DNA of 64,000 nucleotides from Rhizophagus irregularis (Eukaryota): NCBI RefSeq assembly GCF_026210795.1, contig NC_089435.1, positions 496,001 to 560,000 of the forward strand, read 5' to 3'. Shown piece by piece: positions 27,101 to 39,147 of this stretch (position 1 is its first letter; each line of letters starts with the position of its first letter). The notes under the pieces were generated by a model. It saw only the letters and a program-made list of their open reading frames with translations, ran no database searches and was not told where the DNA came from. The position numbers and the translations under genes were made by a program.

Positions 27101-27514
27101 TTCCTGGAGTCTGTTTTGAAACGGAATGAAATGTCTCATTGTCCGACTAATTAATAAACAATAATATTTCGGACTTTATAATCCATTTCTTAAAATATGA
27201 ATATTAAAAGAGATCTGCGTATTAAATATTTAGTGTCATTCATGCATGAAAGGGCGGATAATATAGAAGCGCAGACAAACAATCACAGAACTATAATCAA
27301 TCACACTTAAATGCACGTAACATGCTTAAAACTTCCTTTTTAGTTCAGATTGTTGTTTTTTCAAGTGATAATTCAATGATCTGCGATTACATTGCATATT
27401 GATCATTTGATACATTTTGATACATTAAAAATTTCTAAATTCCATTTTCTTTTTCTTTTTCTTTTTCCTTTTTTTTTTTTTTTTTTATTTTTTTATTTAC
27501 AAAATTTGTAAAAT

Positions 27515-29243
27515 ATGAATCGTACCTTATCCATAGATTTTTTAAATTTACTTCAAGATCCTATTGATTATAATGCAAAAATTATAGTTGGCAAAGAACA
27601 AAATATTAAAGAATTTAACTTACATTCAGCAATCTTAGCTTCTAGATCCAATTATTTTAAAAACGCTTTATCTTTACGATGGGCAAAAAAAGAAAATGGA
27701 ATAATTATTTTTAAAAAGCCTAACATTTCACCTTTGGTATTTCAAGTTTTAATAAAGTAAGTATTTTATTTCCATTATTTAATAAAAAAAAAAAGAAAAA
27801 AAATTTATTATTTTTTAAAATCAAATTATTATTAATAGGTATATTTATTCGGGAATAATTTCCATTGAAAATAATGAGATTGGTCTTATTATTGATGTTA
27901 TAATTGCCGCTGATGAACTTGAATTACTTGAGCTTTATCAACAACTTGAGGAAGTTTTACTTGGAAATATATTAGAATGGAAAACAAAAGATATTATTAA
28001 AATTTTACGATGTGATAATTTCGTCAATTTATATAAAGCTGCAATAAATTTGGTGTGTAACAATCCCGGAGTTATTTTTGAATCTGATGATTTCTTAAAA
28101 ATGGAAGAAACTTATCTTATTCAACTTTTAAAATGTGATTATCTTAAATTAGAAGAAATTAAAATTTGGGAATATTTAATTAAATGGGGAATCAAAAATA
28201 CAAATTCTATATTAAATAATGATATAAAAACATGGAAACCATTGAATTTCATAGATCTAAAGAAAACTTTACAAAATTGTATCCCTCATATTCGATTTTT
28301 TCAAATGTCACCTGATGAATACACGAAGATTAGAACTGATTTTAAAAATATTTTACCTGATGATCTCGATGATGAAGTTACTCAATATTTTTCAAATTCT
28401 GCTTCCAGACTTTCTTTCAATGCTTTACCGCCAAGATATATATTTGATTCCAAGATTATTAACGCTACAGATGTTGCTTTAATAGCAAGTTGGATTGATA
28501 AGAAAAATGGAACACCTCATCATTTTAACGATTTACCTTTTAAATTTAATCTTATTTATCGTGCTAGTCGGGATGGTTTTGGGACTGATAAATTTCATAA
28601 ACATTGCGATAATAAGGGACCAACTATTCTTTTAATTAAAGTTCGTCACCCAAGAGAGATAATTGGTGGTTATAATCCATTAGAATGGTGTCGTACCAAG
28701 ATGGTAGAAGATGAAAGATCTCATAATCATAAAAATTATCAATGTGAAACGTCAAATAGTTTTTTATTTTCATTAACAAGTCGATTTAATCCTATATTAA
28801 GTCGAGTCAATTTTGAAAAAGAAGCAATCATTTGGAGTAAAAATGAGGGACCATATTTTGGTTTACAAGATTTGTATATTAAATCATCAGGATCTTTTAT
28901 TAATAATATTGTTGGTAAAAGCAAGCAACATTCATATGAAAAGAAAATCATCAATAGAGAAACTTTTGAAATAGAAGAATATGAAGTATTTCAAGTTATT
29001 GATAATAGATTATCTACCTTGATATTAATTAGGTTTCAAAAGATTTTTAAGAAAATTTTTGATAATATTAAAAGGATACCCATAATGATATCCAGAAATA
29101 TTATACTTATTATTCTTATAATTCTTATAATTTTGTGTTTAAATTGGCTTTATGCTAGAGCTACTAGGGGTTTTGCCAACAGACAACTAAATCGTTCAAA
29201 TCGTTACAACTGCAGAAATATGATTCAAACTGATTATTACTGA
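27515..29243 (+). CDS. BTB/POZ-BACK-TLDc protein with C-terminal hydrophobic segment
   Basis: BTB motif (EFNLHSAILASRSNYF..KPNISP). Phase-2 intron 27757-27838 restores K-YIYSG. BACK motif (EEIKIWEYLIKWG..IPHIRF). TLDc motifs (LIYRASRDGF..FHKHCDNKGPT..IIGGYNP..GPYFG..EEYEVFQV). Confidence 0.9.
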
Positions 29244-31759
29244 TTATTGTACATCACTCTAGTTAGATGTTAAAATAAATGATATTTTTGAAAATAATTT
29301 AAGTTACGCAGAAATGGTTTTTTCGTGTTAGTTATGTAATGATGTAATGATGTAATGATGTAATGATATAACGCCCACAGCAAATACTAAAATAGTATAT
29401 AAAATTTGACGTCGTATACAAGATTACGTGAGAAATTATTGCAAACACATGTTTACTGATTAATATCTATTTTTTATACTACGGAGTTCACATGTTTATA
29501 ATATGACTCACCATGGTTAAGTGATACATGATTAAAATATAAAATAGCCACTTTTTTCTCTTATTCTCTTTAACTCTCTCTCCTTTCATATTCCTTCTCG
29601 CCTTTCTTTTTCTTTTATTTTTCTTGTTAAGTATGGTAATAGGTAAGGTACAACCAACTTCACACCTCATTTTAAACCGTAGGTACGACCAACTCCACGT
29701 TAAAAACTTTAAAAAAGTTAAAACCATACTTGAACAAATTTTTTAATAAAATTGAGTAGAGAAACCTGTGTTTATTGCTCGAACGACTTTCCCACATTAC
29801 GTATATATACGTACGTATTTTATGTATGTATGTACATAGTACGTATTGTGTATATATGTAAACCAAATAATTAGATGGGGGAATGAGAAAGCTTATTTTT
29901 GATTTTTACAAAAATAATTTCTTTCTTGTTCTGATGCACATGTGCATTATTTGTTTTATTTGTTTTGATTTTACGTACATAATTTTCTTTTATAATTTTC
30001 TTTCTTGTTTTTAATGCATGTGTGCATAAGTAGTTGTATCTGGGGCCAGAACATAACTAAAAAAACACAGTTTACATATAGAATTTGTCAAGTTGTGAAA
30101 GTTATTATATTATTTATCTATATGTCCGAACGTCTCTGCTCAATTTTTTGTTCTTAACAACCCAAATATTATTATTATTTTTTATTTAATCCTATTAATT
30201 ATAAACTGGTTGTATTAAGATTACAGGTAAGTGGTTTCTTTTTTCCCTGAACGAAGCTTGCCACCTCTACGTGGTGTTCAGGAGTAACAGTTGTATGTTT
30301 ATAACTGGCCAAGAGCAAGCAATATTTTATTTTAAATATTTTTGGATTTTTTGCGCCATTTTGTATTGAATATCACGTAAAAATGTTTATTCATAATATT
30401 ATTCATAATATTAGCGTCATGTTGCGTATAAAATCGTAAAAATCAAAGGGAGTTGTAAAAAGAAGTATTTAGATTTTCAAAGTTTCGGGTCGTGTTACAG
30501 TTTGACCCGACCCGATTGAATTGGAAACTTGGAGATAATGGCGTCACAACTCTTTTTTTTAAAAAAAAAATCACTATTGAAGTTTAATTTATCGAAAATA
30601 TATTAAGTTATTAATATATAGTTTTTAAGATGTAAATATTACTAAAAAAGAAAATTTTTTATTGTTTAATAAAGATTTAACAAAAAACTTTAATATTGCT
30701 TTTAATTTGTAGTATAGTCAGCACAATTATTGCTAATGACAAAAAGTTGCTTTTTGATTGCACATTTCTGGTAGATGATCTGAATTTTTGGACCACGAGA
30801 AACCATCAAAGCTGCTTTATCGGATGATTTTACTGAAGGTGTCACTAAGACTTGGAGACAATATAATGGAACCTGTAAATTATAAGTTTTATAAACTTCA
30901 AAGATCACATTCATATTTTTATACCATTACTTCTCGTTTTTACTAAAAAAGATTTGTGCGAACGTAATAAAATAAAAGATCTTGCGCGAGCATAATATAT
31001 AATGTAAATTTAAGTTTGATTAAATAAATTTGAAATATTTATATTTTTTACACTATGAAAATTATGTAATTTTTTCTAAAACCATGGATATTACCTAACC
31101 TGATGAACATTATTACGATATTTTCATAATTTTTTCATACTTTATAATTGTTTTTACAAATTTAAGAAATCAAAATTAAATGAAATAAAATCAAAATTTA
31201 AAAACATTAACATCTAGAAAAATAATGATTTGAACGTTTAAATTTCTTTTCAAAAAAAAAAACACTTATAAATATATAAGATATTCTGTATTTTTATTTA
31301 TTTTAAAATATATTAAAAAATATTAAACAAAAAATAAAACTAAAAAAAAAATTAAGAATTTCTAGGAGAAAAGAAAAGAAAATATTTAAATTAACTAGAA
31401 ATACGGGCATCACATGAAACCTACTGTACAGTATATAACTTCACAAAGGTTACTTAAATAAATGAAATCTAATCATCACGAAACACCTGTTTAAACATAA
31501 TCACACGATATTATCTTGTTTCATGATTAGTAAATAATTAGGTCAATAATTATGAATACATTATTGAAATGACTCAGAATAATTCTTTTAATCCACTATT
31601 ATAATTTTTACTTACCGATTAATCAAAAGCAAAATTATCAATAAAAGTAATTTAGAATATTATATTTTTTTAGTATAATAACTATATTAATAGATAATTA
31701 TCTCAACAAAGAAACAATGCAAAATAGTAAAAAAAATAAATTTCCTGCATGATCTTCAT

Positions 31760-32620
31760 CATCTATTTCGTATCTTACCTTAGATCGCACAGTCTAAGCA
31801 ATCAGTATTTATTATCCATGTACTTTGATAAATTTTCCATCCCATATCTGAAATATGGTTTGGCGTAGCCCAATGATAAGTATCCTTAAATAATATATTT
31901 CCTGGATGAAAATCACGATGAACCATCCGTTTTTGATGAATTTCTTTCAGAAACAAAAGTTTAATTGATGGTAATATACTAAAACTAATAGGGAATGAAA
32001 GAAATATGATGATTTGAATGACATTATTGAAAATATGATAAAATGTTAAATTGTTTATCGCGAGATAATTGATAAAATGAAAAATAAAATGACAATAATT
32101 GGAAATTATCAATTTCATACTAAAAATTTTAATAAGTTCATGATTTATTTTTTGGAAATTCGTGAAGATACATGTTGAATTTGCTTATTTATCTTAATAA
32201 AAACCTTTGTGTAGAAGCTATTATAAAATTTTTGACACCTATATATATATTGCTCAGGGTCCCCGCTGATATACCATATATTTTTAGAATTCCATCAGGA
32301 ATTATCAAAGTTATTATAATTATCAATTGAATATGTTTTAACCTAAAGAAAGAAACCAAGTTAATTATAATATTTAAGAAAAGTGTTCAAATAGTTAAAT
32401 ATTTACAGTACATACCTCATTTAGAAAATTACTGGAAATATTCTGAGAATCATTTAAAACATTTTAAAACCATTGATTCATTTAATTGTATATCTTTATG
32501 TTCAACTAATTTTAATTGCATTTCTTCAATTAATCTATCAATTTATTTATTATTACTGGTCCAGTTTGTAAAATTTCATTCAAATAACTTTTTTACATCA
32601 TTTATATTCTAAATTTACAT
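31760..32620 (-). pseudogene. Fragmented kinase pseudogene
   Basis: LKEIHQKRMVHRDFHPGNILF..ISDMG at ~31840-31950. Upstream remnants (SQNISSNFLNE followed by a GT donor; YGIS) carry stops and deletions. Confidence 0.7.
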
Positions 32621-33189
32621 ATTTATTAACATATTATCACAAACAATTTTAAAAATTGATTTAGAAAATATTTAAAATTAAATTTATAGAAAACTTACAT
32701 ATCTTGTTCAGAAATTCATTAGTAAGATTTCGTGAAGTAATTAAATATAATAAAATAACTTCTCTATTTACTGAATTTCTTGTATATTACTATATTCCAA
32801 ATGTTGTATAATTAACCAATTTATTTTACATAGTTTACGCTATCCCATAATTTTTATAGATAAAATATAGTACAAACTTAACACTACTACCTTCTACTAC
32901 TAGTGCTAATCATGATTATATAAAGCAAGCTACACAATATTATTAATTCGTGATTTTTTTTTTTTTAGTGAAAACATTTTGTCGAAAGATTTTCAAAGTC
33001 CCAATTTCATCAAAAAATTAATTACTCATTCAAATTTTTTATAAGTATTAACGAAACGATATTAATAAATAATAATTACAAAATTTGACGTTCAATTAAA
33101 AATTTACAAGTATTAATACATATTGCTATTTTTCAAGATCGGTAATATAAGGTACCAGGGAATACAGAATTTGAATGTAAAGAAGGGGA

Positions 33190-34110
33190 CCTAAAAGAAA
33201 AAGACCTAAATAAAGAGAAAACCTAAATGGACCTAAAAAAAAAAAAGACGAAAAAAAAAGTTAAAATACCACACACATTCTCCCTCTCCCACGCAACACT
33301 CCCAACCTACATACCTAAAGAGAGACGTAAAGAAAAGGGCCTAAAAGAAGATCTAATAAAGAAAAGACCTAGACAGAGAGAAGATAACCTAAAAAAAAAG
33401 ATGACGAAAAAAAAATAAAATGAAACACCACATACACAAACCCATACACACACAAACCCACACTCTCGCACTCCCACACCCACACACACTCCCACACTCC
33501 CACACCCACAATCCCACACTCCCAACCCACACTCCCACTTCCACACTCCCAACCCGCACTCCCACACTCACACACACACCACACTCCCACACCCACTCCC
33601 ACACTCCCACACCCACACTCCCAACCCACACTCCCACTTCCACACTCCACACCCACACACACTCCCACACTCCACACTCCCAACCCACACCCACACTTCC
33701 AACCCACATACCTAAAGAAAGACATAAAGAAAAGGGCCTAAAAGAAGATCCAATAAAGAGAAGACCTAGACAGAGAGAAGATAAACCTAAAAAAAAGATG
33801 ACGAAAAAAAAAGACAACGATACAAAAGAAAAAAGACGACGAAGAGAAAAAAAAGATGACGAAATGAAAAAAAGAGTCTAAAAGAAAATCTAATAAGAGA
33901 AGACCTAGACAGAGAGAAGATAGACCTAAAAAAAATGACGAAAAAAAAATAAGATAAAAACACCACACACAAAACCCACACTCCACACTTCCACACTCTC
34001 AACCCACATACCTAAAGGAAGGCGTAGAGAAAAGGCCTAAGAGATAGAAGACCTAATAAAGAGAAGCCTAGGCAGAGAGAAGATAGACCTCGAAAAAAAA
34101 AGACGACGAA
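33190..34110. repeat. Composite repeat: purine-rich ~115-bp unit alternating with (CACACTCC)-like low-complexity tracts
   Basis: Unit CATACCTAAAG..AAAAGGGCCTAAAAGAAG..AGACCTAGACAGAGAGAAGATA recurs near 33310, 33705 and 34005, with a partial copy at 33880. C/A-rich tract at 33430-33705. Confidence 0.8.
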
Positions 34111-34599
34111 AGTATATATTGTGTATATATAATATTGTAGTTGATGGAAAAAAAGACGATGAAAAAAAAGAGGTGAGGTATTGAGGGTATATAAATACTT
34201 TTTTCGAATACAATACACAGGGAGATTAAATAAATTGATTACATATTACTATGACTCATTTTTTAATATTTCCCTTCCCATGAAATAAATGGGTAATCCC
34301 CTCTGGAGCGTGTCACTCATTAAATAATTTAAACTATTTTAAACTAAAATTAGTAATTTCCCGGCTATCTATATGAGGAAATAAGTAAACGGTCATTTAT
34401 AAACTCAGCTAATCACTCGCAATTTTTAAAAGGTGACACTTAGTGCGACAGGGGATTACATAATTAATATCTTTCCGGTTCTTCCGACTGTTTTGCTGCG
34501 GCTTGTTGAACTTAGTATATTATTAAAGTGCACCCCGTATCAGATTCCAAAAAAATGTTACCTTCCTTATGAAATTAAATAGATTAATGCAATTTATAG

Positions 34600-35125
34600 T
34601 ACGTTTTCACATAATTTTATTACTGTAATTCCTAAAATTCTTTGTATGTCATATATTAATTGGAATTCGCTTGTAAGTTTAATGGTTACTTTGTAAATTT
34701 CATTCATTGATGTGTTGCCAGATATTTTCTTTGGAAATTCACGTTTAAAGAATTCATTTGATGAATATGTTTTCCAAAAGATGATTTTTAATCTCCTGTG
34801 GATTAATGATTTCCGCCTTAAAACAAAGCGAACGAAAGTTGACAAGAAATTTAGTGGCATTATCTTCATCATCTTGGAAACTCATTTGATCTAATCTATA
34901 CTTGCAACCATTTTTATATATTTCAAAAGTGGAATGGGTTTTAAGAGCCTTTGAAAGTTCATTAAGTATATTTATTTCATTGGAGATAGATATCGGAGAA
35001 TCAATATTTAATTTACGTAATTTCAAAATATCTCTTTCTTGTCTAATAATATTAATTAAAGAACTTGCTTTACCCATTCTTCAGGCAGGATGAACGATCC
35101 CCTTATATCGTATCTTGTTATATAA
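34600..35125 (-). pseudogene. Frameshifted remnant of a Glomeromycotina protein with a retrotransposon-gag-like helical N-terminal domain
   Basis: Segments across frames: YKGIVHP/EEWVKQV, QERDILKL..LKTHSTFEIYKN..FLVNFRSLCFKAEI..EIKN, KTYSSNEFFKREF. Family recognised from memory only. Confidence 0.45.
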
Positions 35126-35893
35126 AATCAAATAATAATTTTATATTGATAAAAGTGGTCGTGGTCCTTAATTTATTTATTCGAATTCAATGGATTCAAT
35201 GATATTATCGTTCTGGAAACGAAAATGAAACTATTTTGTAAATATTTAGTATTTACAGTGTCATGATACCGATGCCAAGAATATACTAACACACAAACAT
35301 AACTATTTTCCTTTATTTGGTTTTAACCATTAATAATAGCACACTCATTATTTATTAGGAAAAATAAAATATGGTTAATTATCTTTCATGAAATAAATAA
35401 CCTGGTCCCGTTCGAATAAATAACAAATAAATCAGAAACAAATTTATTTAGCTAGTTTCTCCGGCTTTTTTTGATAAATATATACTGTAGTTCATAGTAT
35501 CATTTTCTTTATATCAAAGCGACTCCAAACATCTATTGACTGATATTTTATATTTTATGCAGATACTTTACAACGGACGTCCTTAACGTACAGTTGGGTG
35601 TACAATTTTAACGTACAAACTAACCCAGTTATGCACTTGCACGTGATAGAGTTAACGTTAATTCCGGTGTTAATATCGTACACCCTCATTGTACAATGAA
35701 AATTTGTATCGTACGGCAAAAAAAAAAATTTTTTTTTCTATTCCTAATCCCGGCTAGATTCAATTAATTCTATTGTTAGTTTATCACGTGGAACATAACC
35801 AATAAAAACCACTTTGTTCAAGTATATGTAGATCAACCAAATTATGGCGCGACGCGTTTCTCTTTATTACGAATAACTTTTACAACACTTATT

Positions 35894-38387
35894 ATGAATT
35901 CTTGGAATCGTTATTTTGATGATATTCCTGTTAATAACTGGTCTGTTTTCCAATTTCATAAAAATTGGATCGATGTTCACAAAAATGAACCTGAGAAACT
36001 AATTTATAGCAAGGCTATGGACACGCTTATTAAAAGCCTCCGCGCGATTATTAATCGGAGCGCGGATCTCTCAAAAATCTGGAAAGCTAACGAACTTTTA
36101 GCCAAATGTCAGGCAAGTACTTTCTCCGTATAGGAAATGTCCTCCGCAGTGATCTTTTAGTTGACTGCGGTTGTCCACGACAAGGAAGACACAACTTTTA
36201 GTTGTCCTTCTGAAGATCTTTTAGATCGTTGTGGTTGCGACGTCCATAACAAGGAAGACGTAACTTTTAGTTGTCCTTCTGATGATCTTTTAGATCGTTA
36301 TGGTTAATATATTAATAGCATTTTTTATTTTTTAACGTTAATGGTACGCTAAAAGCATTTTAAATATATTAATAGTATTTTTCTTTTTTTTTGTATCAAG
36401 AACCAGAATCATCGTAAAGCAGGAAGCAATATAGATAAATTATGGCTTTGTGTTGAAAAAACTTTTCAAGAAAAGAATATTAACGCGGGAACGAACTGCA
36501 TACAGCTTGTTTCTTGCGAAGGCGTCAACATTAGTAATGTTGGAGATAAACGGTCTTTGGCAACTCCGATAACTGATAAGCACCTAGGTATATATTATTT
36601 AGTTTTTTTCAGTGCCTTGAAATTAACCAATTAGATAACAAATATAATAAATATTAAATTCCATTATTAAATAGGTATGTTATTATTTATAGTTATTCAA
36701 TTTATTGAATATTACATTAAAGTAGATTTTGAAACGGAAGATAAGGAAAACTCATATAAACGCCGACGTGAAGATCTGGATAACGTAAACTTTCTTTATG
36801 ATGAAAAAAATACTAATGAGGAGGATGAATTAGAAAAACATGCCGAAGAGACCATCCAATATAATGGAAAGATATGGATTGTGGGTAGCACGAAGATCAA
36901 TGTACGTGATGCGTTAACAAAATGGCAAAAACGAAAAGACCGACCGCGCACCGAGTAATTATTTCTTATAATATGTTTAAAATGCATTATGTTTATACTT
37001 GATATGTTTATATTGGAAAATTTTAGTCTAGCATTTTACGATATTATAGATGTTACTCCAGGGTCAAATAGTGACTTTATACGATCCCAGCCTAATGATG
37101 CAATATATGAGATGAAGCAATTTGGATCATCAGAAGAGCCATCTATCGCGAATGATGTGAAAGAATTAATTGTTAAATTTATTAAGGTATATGTGGTCTA
37201 TTCTTTGTCTCATTATATACAGTACAATTTAATCAAACCCATGGGTTGTTTAAAATTATAGCATAATTATTGGATGCCTTTTTTTTAAATATTCTACTTA
37301 ATTTAATAATATAGGCAAACGATTTTCGCAAGGTTGTCGATGAGAACTATGTTGAAACACGAAAAAACGATACTCTGAAATTTATATGGGACTTTGCGAA
37401 TCTTCTGTAAGAATAAGATAATTTAGTCTTTGTTTTTTTTTCGAAGTCTCACATCCAAGTTCTTTTTCTTAGTGCGGAATCTTTTGAAAGAGACAACGAC
37501 CTTACAGACTTTGATTTGTCTGAACTAGCATATCGAGAAATTTTTCTGGCACCTCTCATTCGTAGTTTGTTCCGTGGAATGCATCGGGAGATGCGCATTT
37601 TTTTGTGAGTATACTTAAAAGTTTGCTTAAACTTGATCTATTTTTAATGAGTATATCCATGCAGCGGTGAGAAACATTTATTCGCATCATCTGAAGAACT
37701 TAATCTCGAAAAAACTGATAAAGAATCTCGTGAAGTTGGACGAAAAGTTGATATCATTTGGTCTTTAAAGTCAACAGACCTTGAATTTACTGTCGGTGAA
37801 GTCAGTGGACCACCAAACCAGCGCAGCCATCCACGCTTTTTCAGTGATAAATTAAAGATCGCTAAGATGTTGAAAATCATAATCAATAGGATTGTAAGAA
37901 AGCATTGTGGTACAGGTGTGAAACTTAGCTCGTTAAAACTATACGGATTACAAATATATAGTAAGTGTTAACGTATTTGAAAATGATCCATGTTGCATAA
38001 GAATTTTATTATTAAATTTTCTTTTATATCAGATAATGAAGTAATTTGCTATGAATTGTCAGTACCCTTTCGAGGGTTATATATCTTCCGCGAAGTTCTT
38101 CGGTCGAAATTGCCAACTAATAAGGTTGAATTGGCGTTAATATCACGATCCATACCAACGTTGCTCAAATTCAAGGTTTGTTCTTTTTATTTGTTCTACA
38201 CCAACCATCTCTTACATCTAACGCACCTAAAAAAATTTTATTATATCACTATTATCAGGAGTTGCTCGAACAGAGTCAAAAAAGTCTGAAAGATTATATT
38301 GTGGACGCATACATTATGTCAATAGATTCTGGTGAAAGCGCAAACCAGTTTATCACGTTTACGAAACAGGATAAAAAAAACAAGTAG
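35894..38387 (+). CDS. Multi-exon (about 9) Crinkler-type PD-(D/E)xK restriction-endonuclease-fold protein
   Basis: Spliced frame from MNSWNRYFDDIPVNNWS to ..QDKKNK-stop. Exon ~37665-37960 reads GEKHLFASSEELN..GRKVDIIW..EFTVGEVSGPP..DKLKIAKMLK..LYGLQIY. SELAY motif in the preceding exon. Intron 1 probably has a GC donor (CAG/GCAAGT at ~36113). Confidence 0.7.
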
Positions 38388-38863
38388 CCGCCATAATATA
38401 GAAAGTGTTTTAACAAAACCTGTAACAGAAGAGCTTTATTATTTTATTAATTATTTAATTTCTTTATAACTACGTGATATTAAAATGTAACACGACGGTC
38501 AAGTTTAATCGATTTTTCTTTTTGTAGTCAAAAAAATAATAAAGCGTTTATTTGACACATATCGGGTTCGTATAAAATGACTACTGTACGTCTGTACCTA
38601 CTGTATATGTGGTGGCGTGAGTATAACCACCAAGACTGCACAAAAATTTTAAATTTTTAAGTTCAAAAATAATAAAAATACTGAAATAAATAAATTTAAT
38701 CTTAAATAATTTAGTTATATAATTCGCCAATAATCAAAACTTAACCTGTAAATATCTGAATGGCAACAGTTGTTTACGAGTCGCCGCGGTATATAAATTT
38801 ATCTTTAAAATAATATAAGAAAGTCCATTTCTCTGTTTAATCTCAAATAATAACGATGAAAAA

Positions 38864-38945
38864 TCAATTTCTCGGTTGAATTTCAACTAATAATTCGACA
38901 TAATCAACCAAAACACCGACTTTCCCAAACAATAAAGCTATCTAC
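38864..38945 (-). pseudogene. C-terminal remnant of a cytochrome P450 paralog
   Basis: Minus strand reads IALLFGKVGVLVDYVELLVEIQPRN-stop, matching the end of the P450 at 44189. P450 upstream-like sequence in the same orientation at ~39400-39680. Confidence 0.7.
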
Positions 38946-38968
38946 TGTTATACATAAACAGTACACGG

Positions 38969-39147
38969 TAGGGATTGGGAACGACTCGCTTGATCCGTTC
39001 CGGTTCCTAACCGATTCTATTGAACGAATCGACTTGAGCTTAACTGATCATATCAAAAACTTATCGGAACCGATTCGGAACCGAAAGCATCGAACCAAAA
39101 GGAACGAATCAACTCAAACCGCTCAACCGCGAACCTTTTCCATTCTA
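38969..39147. mobile_element. hAT-like MITE remnant
   Basis: Ends TAGGGATTGGGAA and TTTTCCATTCTA form an imperfect TIR; GAACCG/CGGTTC subterminal repeats; no intact TSD. Confidence 0.45.

Noticed and set aside
33227..34218. Multiple overlapping ORFs (HTPT / VGVWEC-rich)
   Set aside because: Products of low-complexity repeats that are open in many frames.
36205..36305. CTGAAGA/CTGATGA followed by a short stem: hammerhead ribozyme or C/D snoRNA candidate
   Set aside because: No GAAA after the putative stem II, and C/D boxes are not in a canonical arrangement.
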